This document shows positions 36,881-48,836 of a stretch of 64,000 nt of DNA, in pieces. A program made the translations under genes and the position numbers. Numbering within the stretch: the first letter of the stretch is position 1; every line of letters begins with the position of its first letter. Source of the stretch: Candidatus Omnitrophota bacterium (GTDB taxonomy: Bacteria > Omnitrophota > Gorgyraeia > Zapsychrales > Fredricksoniimonadaceae); the NCBI GenBank assembly GCA_015233335.1, contig JADFXX010000005.1:65550-129549 (forward strand). Reading direction: 5' to 3'. The notes beneath the pieces are model-generated. The model worked only from the letters and a program-made list of their open reading frames with translations. It did no database searches and was not told the origin of the DNA.

Positions 36881-38025
36881 AAGGACAATCGTTAAAGGCT
36901 GCTAAAGTCCAGTTTATGAAAATTGCTGTTTATTTGGCAGATCAAAACCCTCACCGAGACAGGACCCTTGGGATCACGAATTATACCCGGTGCTTGTTGT
37001 CCGGTCTTTTGCAAAGAACAGACATTTATCTCTCGACGCTTGTTTCAGCTTCATCTTTTTCCCTTGTTAACAACACAGTAGAGGAGACTCGTCTGCCTTG
37101 GCGCACGGACAATCCTTTTTTTCGTCTTCTTACAGATAACTTGTCAGCTCCCATCTTGGATTCCATGAAGCCGGATGTTGTTTATTACCCCAAGGGTTAT
37201 GTGTCGTATATCATGCGGCCACGCTGTCCTGTGGTGGGGACAGTCCATGATACGATCCTGCAGTATTATGCCGATCACTATCCCCATGCCCGTTCCCCAA
37301 TCGATCTTGTTTATTGGATCGGGCTCATGAAAAGTAGTATAAGAAAGTTTGACATGATTCTGGCAGATTCCTGTTCGACCCGTGATCAAATCCTTGAATT
37401 CTGCAGACGTTACAGGATTGCGCCTCCTCCCATACGGGTCACGTATGCGGCGAGTGATTATGAAGATGTTCAGATCCGGCAGAATGTTAAGAAGGATTAT
37501 ATCCTTCATTTTGCTTCTTTAAGTCCGCACAAGAATACGAAGGCACTGATGGAGGTTTGGTCACATGTGTCACAAGAAAGGCCCAGTTGGCCGCAGTTGA
37601 AATTGATTGGATCGACAAGTGCAGTGGCGGAATTTTTAGAATATCCCGGGGTGTCGCATATTCCTTTTATTGAAAATCATGAGTTTAGTGCTATTATTGA
37701 GCAAGCCCGGGCTATTCTTATACCATCAGCCATTGAAGGGTTTGGTCTGCCGGCGCTGGAGGGGTATTATCACGGGACACCGGTATGTTTTCTCCGTGGG
37801 ACATCAGTGGAAGAGATTCTATGCCCGTTTACGGCAAAAGGCGGTTTTTTGCTGGATGACCCGCAGTCGTTCAAACAGGCTTTAGATCAGGTTCTTGGGA
37901 TGTCCTTTGAGGAAGTAGTTAAGATCAGGGATGGTTTGAGGGCGAAATTTTCCAAAAATAATTTTGTAGAAGCTGTCGCAGGGGCTCTATGCGATGCCGG
38001 GAGTAAAACAGGGATGGTAAGATGA
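36877..38025 (+). CDS. Family 4 glycosyltransferase
   Basis: 382 aa; C-terminal PSAIEGFGLPALEGYYHGTPV motif; ATGA overlap with the upstream gene. Confidence 0.75.
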   Translation: MKGQSLKAAKVQFMKIAVYLADQNPHRDRTLGITNYTRCLLSGLLQRTDIYLSTLVSASSFSLVNNTVEETRLPWRTDNPFFRLLTDNLSAPILDSMKPDVVYYPKGYVSYIMRPRCPVVGTVHDTILQYYADHYPHARSPIDLVYWIGLMKSSIRKFDMILADSCSTRDQILEFCRRYRIAPPPIRVTYAASDYEDVQIRQNVKKDYILHFASLSPHKNTKALMEVWSHVSQERPSWPQLKLIGSTSAVAEFLEYPGVSHIPFIENHEFSAIIEQARAILIPSAIEGFGLPALEGYYHGTPVCFLRGTSVEEILCPFTAKGGFLLDDPQSFKQALDQVLGMSFEEVVKIRDGLRAKFSKNNFVEAVAGALCDAGSKTGMVR

Positions 38026-39527
38026 AAAATGGTATTCCATATATTTGGGTTGACCGTCTGGGAATGGCCGCTATCGCGATGGTGTCAGTAGGGTATGTCC
38101 TTTTTTGGAGTTCGTTTGCACAGGTGCATCTTAAATTCTCTTTTTTGGATTTCCCTGTTTTTATCGGGGAGATCCTTCTTGGGGTGGCTTTTTTGCTTTT
38201 TACGATCAAAAGTGTCGCGCAAAAAAGGGAATTAGGACGCTGGGGGTGGGTGGTGGTTGCTTATTTTTGTTTTGTTCTGTTTAAAGCATTTATGGGCTAT
38301 TTTGTCTGGGGGCCTTTAGCCTTTCGAGATGCAGCGTTATTCTATTATCCTTTTTTTGTAGTCTTGGGATATTCATTTTGGTCCAACGAGCTTTGGTCAG
38401 ATAACATAAGACGTTTGGGGTTAGCGCTGATCTTGTTGATTTTTATTCTTCAACAATTTTATTATTTTTGGCCTTGTTCTTTAGTGATCTTAGGGGTCAT
38501 TTTAGCACTGCAGATAAAAAGGTTTGAGGAAAGGATGATCTGGATAGGGGGGGTTTTTGTCCTTGCCCCTTATGGGGAAATGATCAATCCTTTTTTAAGG
38601 ACAGTTTTTGTCTCTTCGTTGATCACGATGATCTTTATAGTCGTATTATTCGCCATTTTTTCCCGTAGGAATCGGCATCTCTTTATTATGGGAATGGTCT
38701 TAGGGGGGCTTCTTTTGGGTGCAGTTTTGTTCAAGGCCAGTCAAACGGGTGTCTTGGGTACCTTTATTATCAAAGATGAGAAGCCTCTGGTGTCGAGCTT
38801 GCCCCGAGAGGTTCACCGGGGGAGATACCTTTTTCATCCCGTCGGGAGGAGCTCTGAAAAACAGGACGCCTTCAAAGATTTTATCGAGAAAATGTCCCGG
38901 GTGAATTTTTTTGTGAAAAGGGAAGCTATTGTTAATACGAAAGAAGGCGCAGCAATTAATTTTACCAAGAGCGTTGGTGTTAATACGGGGGAAATCTCTA
39001 CTGTTAAGTCTACGAGGGGACCGGATGTTAATTTTGAAAAGCAAGCTGCTGTTCAAGATATCGGCCCCATACTTAGAGTTAAGAAAAGCGATACGAGTTT
39101 TCGATATTATATTTGGGGGGATATGGCGAAAGAATATGTTCACTATAAACCTCTTTTTGGTTTTGATTTTGGTCGGCCACTGCTTTCCCCAACGTTGAAG
39201 AAATATTGTGGGGAGAAGACCTCTCAGCATACGGACGGATGGGTCGGGGCGCATAATTCTTTTCTTTATATGATTTATCGTGCAGGGATTGTGGGAGTAG
39301 TCATGGTTCTTTCTCTTTTTTTTATTTGGTCTGGCCTGCTGCGCGATTTCTATAGGTTGATGGACTGGACAGGTCTATTACTTTGTGCGTTTCTTCTTAA
39401 CTGGATCGTTTCGGCAAATTTCTTCTTGATACTTGAGTTGCCTTATACGGCGATCCCTATCTGGACGATTTTAGGTGTTGCAGCAAAACATAGACTACTG
39501 CTTAAAAAGAAAAATTGCCCCATGTAG
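38022..39527 (+). CDS. Wzy_C-domain membrane protein (O-antigen ligase / polymerase / O-oligosaccharyltransferase family)
   Basis: 501 aa polytopic; IWGDMAKEYVHYKPLFGFDFG ... GAHNSFLYMIYRAGIVG resembles the O-antigen ligase domain signature; unusually long hydrophilic loop (about aa 239-410). Confidence 0.65.
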   Translation: MKNGIPYIWVDRLGMAAIAMVSVGYVLFWSSFAQVHLKFSFLDFPVFIGEILLGVAFLLFTIKSVAQKRELGRWGWVVVAYFCFVLFKAFMGYFVWGPLAFRDAALFYYPFFVVLGYSFWSNELWSDNIRRLGLALILLIFILQQFYYFWPCSLVILGVILALQIKRFEERMIWIGGVFVLAPYGEMINPFLRTVFVSSLITMIFIVVLFAIFSRRNRHLFIMGMVLGGLLLGAVLFKASQTGVLGTFIIKDEKPLVSSLPREVHRGRYLFHPVGRSSEKQDAFKDFIEKMSRVNFFVKREAIVNTKEGAAINFTKSVGVNTGEISTVKSTRGPDVNFEKQAAVQDIGPILRVKKSDTSFRYYIWGDMAKEYVHYKPLFGFDFGRPLLSPTLKKYCGEKTSQHTDGWVGAHNSFLYMIYRAGIVGVVMVLSLFFIWSGLLRDFYRLMDWTGLLLCAFLLNWIVSANFFLILELPYTAIPIWTILGVAAKHRLLLKKKNCPM

Positions 39528-39560
39528 TATTTTTCTGTTATATAATATCCATTCTGAATT

Positions 39561-40325
39561 ATGGTCAAAACAATCTCTCTTTTAGGCGTTCACATAAGCA
39601 GGGTCAATCCTTTTTTTGCGGCCGGTCAGATTTGTCAATGGGTTACACAAAAATACCACACCTATGTATGTGTCGCCCCTGTATCGACCCTGGTGACAGC
39701 ACAGCGTGATTCTCAATACATGTCAGCGGTTAATGGAGCCGGCATGGTCACGCCTGATGGCATGCCGGTAGTTTGGCTGGCAAGGGCCAAAGGTTGCCGG
39801 GATATCGCACGCACCTATGGCCCGGATTTGATGTTGGAGGTCTGCAAACAGGGGCAGATGATGGGTTTGCGGCATTTTTTTTATGGAAGCGCTGCGGGGA
39901 CATTGGAAAAATTGGAGCAGCGTTTAAAAGCGGATTATCCTAAGATCGTCATTGCCGGAAGTTTTGCGCCGGGGTTTCAGGAGAATCTTGGTTTTCGTGA
40001 CCAGGAAGCGGTTGACCGCATTAATCAAACTCAAGCAGATATTCTATGGGTAGGATTGGGTTCGCCCAAGCAGGATTTTTGGATGCAAAATCACAGGCCC
40101 CTGTTAGGCGTGCCGGTCATTGTCGGCGCAGGAGCGGCTTTTGATTTTTTATCCGGTGTCAAACCACAGGCTCCTAAGTGGATGCAAAACAGCGGTTTGG
40201 AGTGGCTGTTTCGCCTGATCTGTGAGCCTCGTCGTTTATGGAAAAGGTATTTGGTCGGCAACACCTTGTTTATTTATTATGTGCTTAAAGATTTTCTTAA
40301 ATTAACAGGACATCATCATGCGTGA
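39561..40325 (+). CDS. WecG/TagA/CpsF-family (GT26) glycosyltransferase
   Basis: 254 aa; VTPDGMPVVWLAR and ILWVGLGSPKQDFWM blocks. Confidence 0.85.
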   Translation: MVKTISLLGVHISRVNPFFAAGQICQWVTQKYHTYVCVAPVSTLVTAQRDSQYMSAVNGAGMVTPDGMPVVWLARAKGCRDIARTYGPDLMLEVCKQGQMMGLRHFFYGSAAGTLEKLEQRLKADYPKIVIAGSFAPGFQENLGFRDQEAVDRINQTQADILWVGLGSPKQDFWMQNHRPLLGVPVIVGAGAAFDFLSGVKPQAPKWMQNSGLEWLFRLICEPRRLWKRYLVGNTLFIYYVLKDFLKLTGHHHA

Positions 40326-41714
40326 TTCTCGACAAGACTGGATCATTCACAGCATTTATGTAGTTGCCGATATTGTTTGTATTTATGCGGCGATTTATCT
40401 GGTGATGTTGCTGCGCCATGCCACTTTGCCGTTTGCGATTTCATGGGAAGGCTTTTTTTCCTCAGCCAATCCTTTTAAAATAGTTTTTTTTCTGTGGGTC
40501 CCCGTTATTTTATTTTTTAATCAAACTCACGGCCTTTATCAGACCCGCCGTGAAATGTTTGAAAGTTTGGAAATTTGGCAGGTCATTAAATCGGTGGCCC
40601 TTTCTACTTTGGTTGCCATCGTTCTGGTGTATTTGCTTAAGATCCAGGATTTTCCACGGGGGATCCTCATATTTAGCGCAGCAGCCCTCAGCGTTCTGCT
40701 ATCTGTTTGGAGAGTTTTGAAAAAGCTGCTGGTTAATTTTTTAGTTGAACATGGCTATAATAACTTCAACGCTGTTATTATCGGGGCCGGGAAAATAGGT
40801 GTTCTGTTGGCCGATGAAATTAAAAAACAACCGGCCTTGGGCATTAAAGTGATTGGATTCCTTGATGATGAAAAAGAGGGCTTGCTCGGAAAGCTCAAAG
40901 ATTTTGAAAGTATTGCCCAGCGTGAATTTATCCGGCAGATTTTTATTACGATCCATCCTGATTATCAGGTTTTTATTAAACTTTTGGAGACGGCCCGGGA
41001 GCTTAATATTGCGGTCAGGGTGGTGCCTCAGGGTTATGAATATATAGCCCAAGATTTTATCAAATATAATATCGGTATCGTCCCTATTTTGGAATATTCT
41101 GATATTGATGTTAACTATCGTCAAAAGGGCAAGCGCATATTTGATTTTTTGGTCTCTTTGTTGTTAATGATCCTTCTTTTACCTTTTTTTATTCTCCTCA
41201 TGATTTTGATTAAGCTGGACAGTCCGGGGCCGGTTTTTTATAATTCCAAACGTTATGGCCACAACGCCCGGATGTTTTCTATGTATAAGTTCCGTAGTAT
41301 GGTCATCAATGCAGATGAACTGTTGGGTCAGCTGAAAGATAAAAATGAAGTGGATGGGCCTATTTTTAAGATCAAAAGAGATCCTCGCACAACCCCAATG
41401 GGGACTTTTTTACGGCGGTACAGTCTGGATGAGCTGCCGCAAATATTTAATGTTTTAAAAGGTGACATGAGTCTGGTGGGCCCAAGGCCATTTCCGATTG
41501 CTCAAGTGGAAAAGGAAGATCTGCGTCAGTTAAGACGTCTGGGCATACGTCCGGGTATAACGGGCTTATGGCAGATCAAGGGGCGCAGTGATGTGTCTTT
41601 TGACAAGTTGTTACGTTGGGACATTTGGTACATAAATAACTGGTCTTTTTGGCTTGACTTATATATATTATTTAAAACTTTTCCGGTAGTTATCAAAGGC
41701 AAAGGGGCATATTG

Positions 41715-41715
<1 letters not shown>
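40318..41715 (+). CDS. Polyprenyl-phosphate sugar-phosphate transferase (WbaP-like initiating enzyme, Bac_transf domain)
   Basis: 465 aa; N-terminal TM helices, central [16 protein letters not shown] Rossmann-like region, C-terminal [20 protein letters not shown]...DSPGPVFY...FSMYKFRSM...SLVGPRP. Confidence 0.85.
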
Positions 41716-43669
<1,954 letters not shown>

Positions 43670-43690
43670 AGTGTCAGCAACAGGGAATCT

Positions 43691-43718
43691 TTGACAAAAC
43701 AGCACACTTCGTTATAAT
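43691..43718 (+). promoter_or_regulatory. Consensus sigma70-type promoter upstream of pgk
   Basis: TTGACA (43691-43696), 16-nt spacer, TATAAT (43713-43718); GGAAGGAG RBS at 43747-43754 and the pgk ATG at 43762. Confidence 0.6.
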
Positions 43719-43761
43719 ATCTGAAATTTATCATCGATCAGATTTAGGAAGGAGCAGCAAT

Positions 43762-44949
43762 ATGCAGAAGATGACAGTGCGGGATATTAATATCAAAGCC
43801 AAAAAGGTGATCATCCGTCTTGATTTTAATGTTCCTTTAGATGGGACATTTCATATTACAGATGACCGCCGTATAACGGCGGCTTTACCGACGATCCAGT
43901 ATGTTTTAAGCCAAGGGGCATCTAAAGTCATTCTGATGAGCCATTTGGGTCGCCCTAAGGGAGCAGGTTTTGAAAAGGATTTTTCCCTTGAGCCCGTAGC
44001 GCATCATTTGCAGGATCTTTTAGGTGAAAAAGTTTTATTTTTAAATGATTGCATAGGCCCATCGGTCAAAGACGCAATTGCCAAATCTTCCGAGCGCGTG
44101 GTATTACTTGAGAACTTACGTTTTTATAAGGCTGAAGAAAAGAACGATCCCGCATTTGCCAAAGAACTAGCATCTTTGGCAGATGTTTATGTCAATGATG
44201 CCTTCGGCACAGCGCATCGCGCCCATGCCTCAACCGCCGGTATTACAGCATATTTACCGTCGGTGGCTGGATTTTTGATAGAAAAAGAGCTGCAATATTT
44301 AGGCAATGCTATTAACAATCCTAAGCGTCCGCTGGTTATTATTTTAGGCGGGGCCAAGGTGTCGGATAAGATCGAATTGATCAAGAACCTGATCCCTAAG
44401 GCCAACAGTATCATTATTGGCGGAGGCATGGCGTATACTTTCTTAAAAGCGCAGGGGATCAATGTCGGTAACTCCAAATTGGAAAAAGACAAGATCGATA
44501 TGGCCCGTGAATTGATGGAGCAGGCTAAAAAGGCGGGTGTTCAGATGGCTTTGACCACGGATTTTGTCATTACCCAGAGTTTCAGCTCGGATGATTGCAA
44601 GATCTCGGATGTCATTCCCGATGGATGGGAAGCCCTGGATATCGGTCCCAAGACAATCCAGTATTATAAAGATATTTTGTCCAAAGCTAAAACAGTGGTG
44701 TGGAATGGCCCTCTAGGAGTTTTTGAGCGGGACGCTTATGCCACAGGCACCCGGGCCATTGCCGATTATCTGGCTTCTTTGAAAGATGTGACGGTGATCG
44801 TGGGAGGAGGGGATTCCGCGGCAGCAGTAGCTAAATTCGGTTTAGAAGATAAAATGACACATATTTCCACCGGTGGCGGGGCATCGCTGGAATTTTTAGA
44901 GGGCAAGACATTGCCGGGTATCGCGGCATTGAATGATAAAAAAACATGA
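43762..44949 (+). CDS. pgk: Phosphoglycerate kinase
   Basis: 395 aa; RLDFNVPL, MSHLGRPKG, GGGDS/GGGASLE blocks. Confidence 0.95.
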   Translation: MQKMTVRDINIKAKKVIIRLDFNVPLDGTFHITDDRRITAALPTIQYVLSQGASKVILMSHLGRPKGAGFEKDFSLEPVAHHLQDLLGEKVLFLNDCIGPSVKDAIAKSSERVVLLENLRFYKAEEKNDPAFAKELASLADVYVNDAFGTAHRAHASTAGITAYLPSVAGFLIEKELQYLGNAINNPKRPLVIILGGAKVSDKIELIKNLIPKANSIIIGGGMAYTFLKAQGINVGNSKLEKDKIDMARELMEQAKKAGVQMALTTDFVITQSFSSDDCKISDVIPDGWEALDIGPKTIQYYKDILSKAKTVVWNGPLGVFERDAYATGTRAIADYLASLKDVTVIVGGGDSAAAVAKFGLEDKMTHISTGGGASLEFLEGKTLPGIAALNDKKT

Positions 44950-44960
44950 GGTAAATAATA

Positions 44961-45719
44961 ATGCGTAAACCTATTATAGCAGGCAACTGGAAACTTAATA
45001 AAACACCGCATGAAGCTATTTTGTTGGCTGATGAATTAAAGCGCGAACTGGTAGATACCACGGGTGTCGATATAGTGGTCTGCCCGCCGTTTGTGGACCT
45101 GACGGATGTGTCGGATGCCTTAGTGGATCATGATATTGCCGTTGGCGCGCAGAATGTGTTTTGGGAAGACGCGGGCGCTTTTACCGGGGAAATTTCCGCG
45201 CCCATGCTTAAAGATCTGGGTGTCAAATACGTGATCATAGGCCACTCCGAGCGCAGACAGTATTTTTATGAAACAAACGAGACCGTGAACAAGCGCTTAC
45301 GTGCAGCTTTAAAACATGGCTTGACCCCGATCGTATGTGTGGGGGAAAATTTGGCTCAGCGTGAATCCAATAAGACTTTTGACGTCGTTAAGGATCATTG
45401 CGAGGGGTCGCTCTCCGGCCTGACTAAAGATGAAATCCAAAAAATTGTTTTAGCCTATGAGCCGGTGTGGGCCATAGGTACGGGAAAGACGGCGACACCT
45501 CAACAGGCCCAGGAAGTGCATATTTTTATCCGCCAATTATTAGGGAAGTTGTTTGATGATGAAATCGCCGGCAGTGTCCGTATCCAATACGGCGGCAGTG
45601 TGACGCCGGATAATATTGTGTCTCTGATGGCTCAGGCAGACATTGACGGAGCGTTAGTCGGCGGAGCAAGTTTAAAAGCGCCTTCTTTCGCGGCCATCGT
45701 CAAAGGGGCTAAGAAGTAA
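44961..45719 (+). CDS. tpiA: Triosephosphate isomerase
   Basis: 252 aa; IAGNWKLN, IIGHSERR, YEPVWAIGTG blocks. Confidence 0.95.
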   Translation: MRKPIIAGNWKLNKTPHEAILLADELKRELVDTTGVDIVVCPPFVDLTDVSDALVDHDIAVGAQNVFWEDAGAFTGEISAPMLKDLGVKYVIIGHSERRQYFYETNETVNKRLRAALKHGLTPIVCVGENLAQRESNKTFDVVKDHCEGSLSGLTKDEIQKIVLAYEPVWAIGTGKTATPQQAQEVHIFIRQLLGKLFDDEIAGSVRIQYGGSVTPDNIVSLMAQADIDGALVGGASLKAPSFAAIVKGAKK

Positions 45720-45775
45720 CTATAGCGTCATCCTGAGGCGTAAGCCCCAGGACCTCAAACAGGAGTCTTAATTTT

Positions 45776-46117
45776 ATGGGATTTATCCTTGTCATTCATG
45801 TGATTGTATGTATTTTGCTGGTCATCGCGATATTAATGCAGGCAGGCCGCGGCGGCGGTCTGACTGAGACTTTTCAATCTGCGGAATCCATGTTCGGCAC
45901 GCAGACCAATGCGTTCATGGTCCGTTTGACGACCGGCTTGGCGATCGTTTTTCTGAGCACATCATTGCTCTTTGCGTTTCACTCGACTAAAGGGGCACAG
46001 TCTCTCATGGCCAATAAGAAATTTTTACCCAAGGCTTCCAGTAAGGCCCAAGAATCTGAAACCCCGGTGAGTGTTAAAGTCGAAGCCCCCAAGCCGTTGA
46101 CGAATGTTGCGAAATAA
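45776..46117 (+). CDS. secG: Preprotein translocase subunit SecG
   Basis: 113 aa; two hydrophobic helices with LMQAGRGGGL...FG motif; conserved pgk-tpiA-secG order. Confidence 0.85.
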   Translation: MGFILVIHVIVCILLVIAILMQAGRGGGLTETFQSAESMFGTQTNAFMVRLTTGLAIVFLSTSLLFAFHSTKGAQSLMANKKFLPKASSKAQESETPVSVKVEAPKPLTNVAK

Positions 46118-47807
46118 ATTAATCTCGTTTTTTGTAGTCAGTTGTATGAGTTGTTTGGCGTTTTGGGCTCATGCGACCACGGGCCGTTACGGCGGCAGTC
46201 TGTGTCTGGCTACTCCTTCCGATCCTAAAACTTTCAATGATATTGTCTCAACAGATGCTTACAGCGGAGCTATCACAGCCATGCTTTTTGAGGGCCTGAC
46301 CACGGCTGATCCTTTTACATTAAAAGTCATTCCTCATTTAGCCCGATCCTGGTCTGTCAGTCCAGACGGGTTGCAGTGGACATTTTATTTAAGACAAGAC
46401 GTGACCTGGTTTGACGGAGTAGGCTTTAGCGCGGACGATGTTTTGTTTACCTTTAACGATGTGATCTATAATCCGGATATCCCGTCTTCTTCAAGGGATG
46501 TTTTGACGATCAATGGCAAACCCCTAAAGGTGGAAAAAATAGATGATCACACGGTCCGTTTTACTTTACCGGTCAAATTTGCTCCGTTTTTACGCGCCAT
46601 GTCGCAGACGATCTTGCCTAAACACTGTTTGTGGGATGCCGTAAAGCACAAGAAGTTCAGTTTTACCTGGGGCATTGATACCCCACCGGATCAGATCATC
46701 GGTACCGGTCCGTTTATGTTAAGCGAATATCATCCCGGCGAGCGGCTGGTATTTAAACGCAATCCCCATTACTGGAAGAAATCCTCACAAGGTGAGGCAT
46801 TGCCTTATCTTGATCGGGTCATTTTTTTAATTATTCCAGATCCACAGGCACAACTTTTAAAGTTTATAGACGGAGAGCTTGACTCAACTTCAGTTGAAGG
46901 CCGTGACTATCCTTTGCTTAAACCCCTTGAAACTAAAAAGAATTTTCATATTTATGATGCCGGGGCTGATTTTGGGACTAATTTTCTGACATTTAATCAG
47001 AACCCAGGACGCAATCCTAACACCTCCAAGGCTTTTGTCGATCCTGTCAAATTGTCCTGGTTTACCAATTTGTCATTCCGCAGGGCCATAGCCCATGCTA
47101 TTGATAAAGCCAAGATCATAGAGATCTTAAACAACGGTTTTGGTCTGCCGCAGAACGGGCCCATGAGTCCCAGCAGCGGTTTTTTTTATGACCCTGATGT
47201 GACAGCATACGACTATGATTTAGAGAAAGCACGTTCGATCTTAAAACAGGCGGGATTTCATTATCATAACGGACAGACGCTTGAAGACCCCGATGGTCAT
47301 CCGGTTGAGTTTAATTTATATACGGCCGATAGTGGTGCCGCCTCCCACCTTCAGGTAGCAGCGATCATCCGCTCGGACATGGAGCGGTTAGGGATGAAGG
47401 TCAATTTGGTGCCGGTGGAATTTAATACCCTGGTCAACAAACTGATGTCTTCTTTTGATTGGGATGCGGTGATGATAGGATTAACAGGGGGAGTGGAACC
47501 GCATTTCGGACAAAATGTATGGCATTCTTCCGGCGGGCTACATCTGTGGAACCCGCATCAGGATAAAGCCGCAACCGCTTGGGAGGCGCGTATTGACGAA
47601 ATTTATGACCAGGGCGCCAAGGAGTTAGATGAAAGCAAACGTAAAGTTCTTTATGACGAATTTCAGCGTATCGTCGCAGAAGAGCTGCCGGTCATCTATA
47701 CGGTCCTTAACATGGACATGTACGCTGTGCGCAACAAGTTCGGAAATCTAAATCCCTCCGTTAACGGAGGGCCGTTTCACAATATTGAAGAAATATACAA
47801 GAAATGA
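46104..47807 (+). CDS. ABC transporter substrate-binding protein, family 5 (peptide/nickel, OppA/DppA-like)
   Basis: 567 aa; signal peptide (FFVVSCMSCLAFWAHA), family-5 SBP-like sequence throughout. Confidence 0.85.
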   Translation: MLRNKLISFFVVSCMSCLAFWAHATTGRYGGSLCLATPSDPKTFNDIVSTDAYSGAITAMLFEGLTTADPFTLKVIPHLARSWSVSPDGLQWTFYLRQDVTWFDGVGFSADDVLFTFNDVIYNPDIPSSSRDVLTINGKPLKVEKIDDHTVRFTLPVKFAPFLRAMSQTILPKHCLWDAVKHKKFSFTWGIDTPPDQIIGTGPFMLSEYHPGERLVFKRNPHYWKKSSQGEALPYLDRVIFLIIPDPQAQLLKFIDGELDSTSVEGRDYPLLKPLETKKNFHIYDAGADFGTNFLTFNQNPGRNPNTSKAFVDPVKLSWFTNLSFRRAIAHAIDKAKIIEILNNGFGLPQNGPMSPSSGFFYDPDVTAYDYDLEKARSILKQAGFHYHNGQTLEDPDGHPVEFNLYTADSGAASHLQVAAIIRSDMERLGMKVNLVPVEFNTLVNKLMSSFDWDAVMIGLTGGVEPHFGQNVWHSSGGLHLWNPHQDKAATAWEARIDEIYDQGAKELDESKRKVLYDEFQRIVAEELPVIYTVLNMDMYAVRNKFGNLNPSVNGGPFHNIEEIYKK

Positions 47808-47814
47808 TTTGATT

Positions 47815-47839
47815 CCCCCTCTTTATAAAAAAGAGGGGG
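47815..47839 (+). promoter_or_regulatory. Intercistronic stem-loop between the SBP and permease genes
   Basis: CCCCCTCTT (47815-47823) pairs perfectly with AAGAGGGGG (47831-47839) around a 7-nt loop, with no U-tract after it. The 3' arm overlaps the purine-rich RBS (GGGGGGAG) of the permease gene starting at 47853. Confidence 0.5.
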
Positions 47840-47852
47840 GAGTTGATGATTT

Positions 47853-48836
47853 ATGTTAAAACACATTTTTTCTCGTCTGTGTTCTACAATTCTACTGCTC
47901 TTAGCCGTCAGCTTTTTTACTTTTTGGCTGATGCATGCCACTCCGGGAAGTTTTTTTGACAGTCTGCGGCTAAATCCCCAGATTTCTCCGGAAACGGTGG
48001 CTCGTTATGAAAGACTTTATCATCTTAAGGACCCCTTGCTGGTTCAGTACGGACACTGGATCATCAATATCCTTCATGGGGAGTGGGGATATTCCTTTTA
48101 TTATAATGTACCGGTCACTCATGTTCTGGGCAGCCGCTTGTTTAATACGTTTATCTTGTCATTGTCCAGCTTTCTTTTGACCTGGGGGATAGGCATTCCA
48201 TTGGGCGTATGGGCGGCACTCAGGCGCAACCAATGGGTTGATCGAGGGCTTTCCATAATTTCTTTTGTCGCATTCTCGACACCCGGTTTCTTTTTGGGGG
48301 TTTTGGTTCTATATGCTGCCAGTAAGTGGGGAGTCCTGCCGTTGGGCGGCATGCATAGTCCTAATTATGATGACATGACACTCATCGGAAAAATTAGGGA
48401 TACTGCTCTTCATCTGGTGATCCCGGCCACGGTCCTTTCTTTGTCAGCCATGGCTTCTTTACAGCGGATCATGCGCGGCAATATGCTGGGGGTTTTACGC
48501 CAGCAGTATATTCTGGCGGCCCGTGCCAAAGGGTTACCTGAGAGCAATGTGATCTACCGGCATGCTCTGCGTAATGCTTTTAATCCGATGGTCACTCTGC
48601 TGGGGTATGAATTTGCGGCACTCTTAAGCGGGGCCGCTTTGATCGAGATTGTCTGCAGCTGGCCGGGACTAGGTTCCCTGCTTTTAACCGCTGTGCGAGC
48701 CAAAGATGTGTATTTAGTGATGAGCAGTACTTTATTAGCAGGGATTCTTTTGGTTATCGGTAATTGTATAGCCGATCTTTTACTGACGTGGGTTGATCCG
48801 CGGATTCGTTATGAAAAAAAGAACTTATCCCAATAG
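47853..48836 (+). CDS. ABC transporter permease (DppB/OppB-like)
   Basis: 327 aa; 6 TM segments, N-terminal MLKHIFSRL...LLLAVSFFTFWLMH and YILAARAKGL block typical of BPD-type peptide permeases. Confidence 0.85.
   Translation: MLKHIFSRLCSTILLLLAVSFFTFWLMHATPGSFFDSLRLNPQISPETVARYERLYHLKDPLLVQYGHWIINILHGEWGYSFYYNVPVTHVLGSRLFNTFILSLSSFLLTWGIGIPLGVWAALRRNQWVDRGLSIISFVAFSTPGFFLGVLVLYAASKWGVLPLGGMHSPNYDDMTLIGKIRDTALHLVIPATVLSLSAMASLQRIMRGNMLGVLRQQYILAARAKGLPESNVIYRHALRNAFNPMVTLLGYEFAALLSGAALIEIVCSWPGLGSLLLTAVRAKDVYLVMSSTLLAGILLVIGNCIADLLLTWVDPRIRYEKKNLSQ

Noticed and set aside
38700-39254. 184-aa minus-strand ORF (and small + strand ORFs 38719-38904 and 38929-39198) inside the Wzy_C gene
   Set aside because: These lie antisense or out of frame to the hydrophilic-loop region of a gene with clear flanking TM and Wzy_C signatures. 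The sequences are basic and low in complexity with no start context. Similar shadow ORFs at 18197-18640, 19271-19735, 42845-43641 and 56665-57117 were rejected for the same reason.
45720-45775. Hairpin/terminator after tpiA
   Set aside because: Only 5-bp complementary segments (TCCTG/CAGGA) are present. secG follows immediately with its own RBS, which is consistent with read-through.
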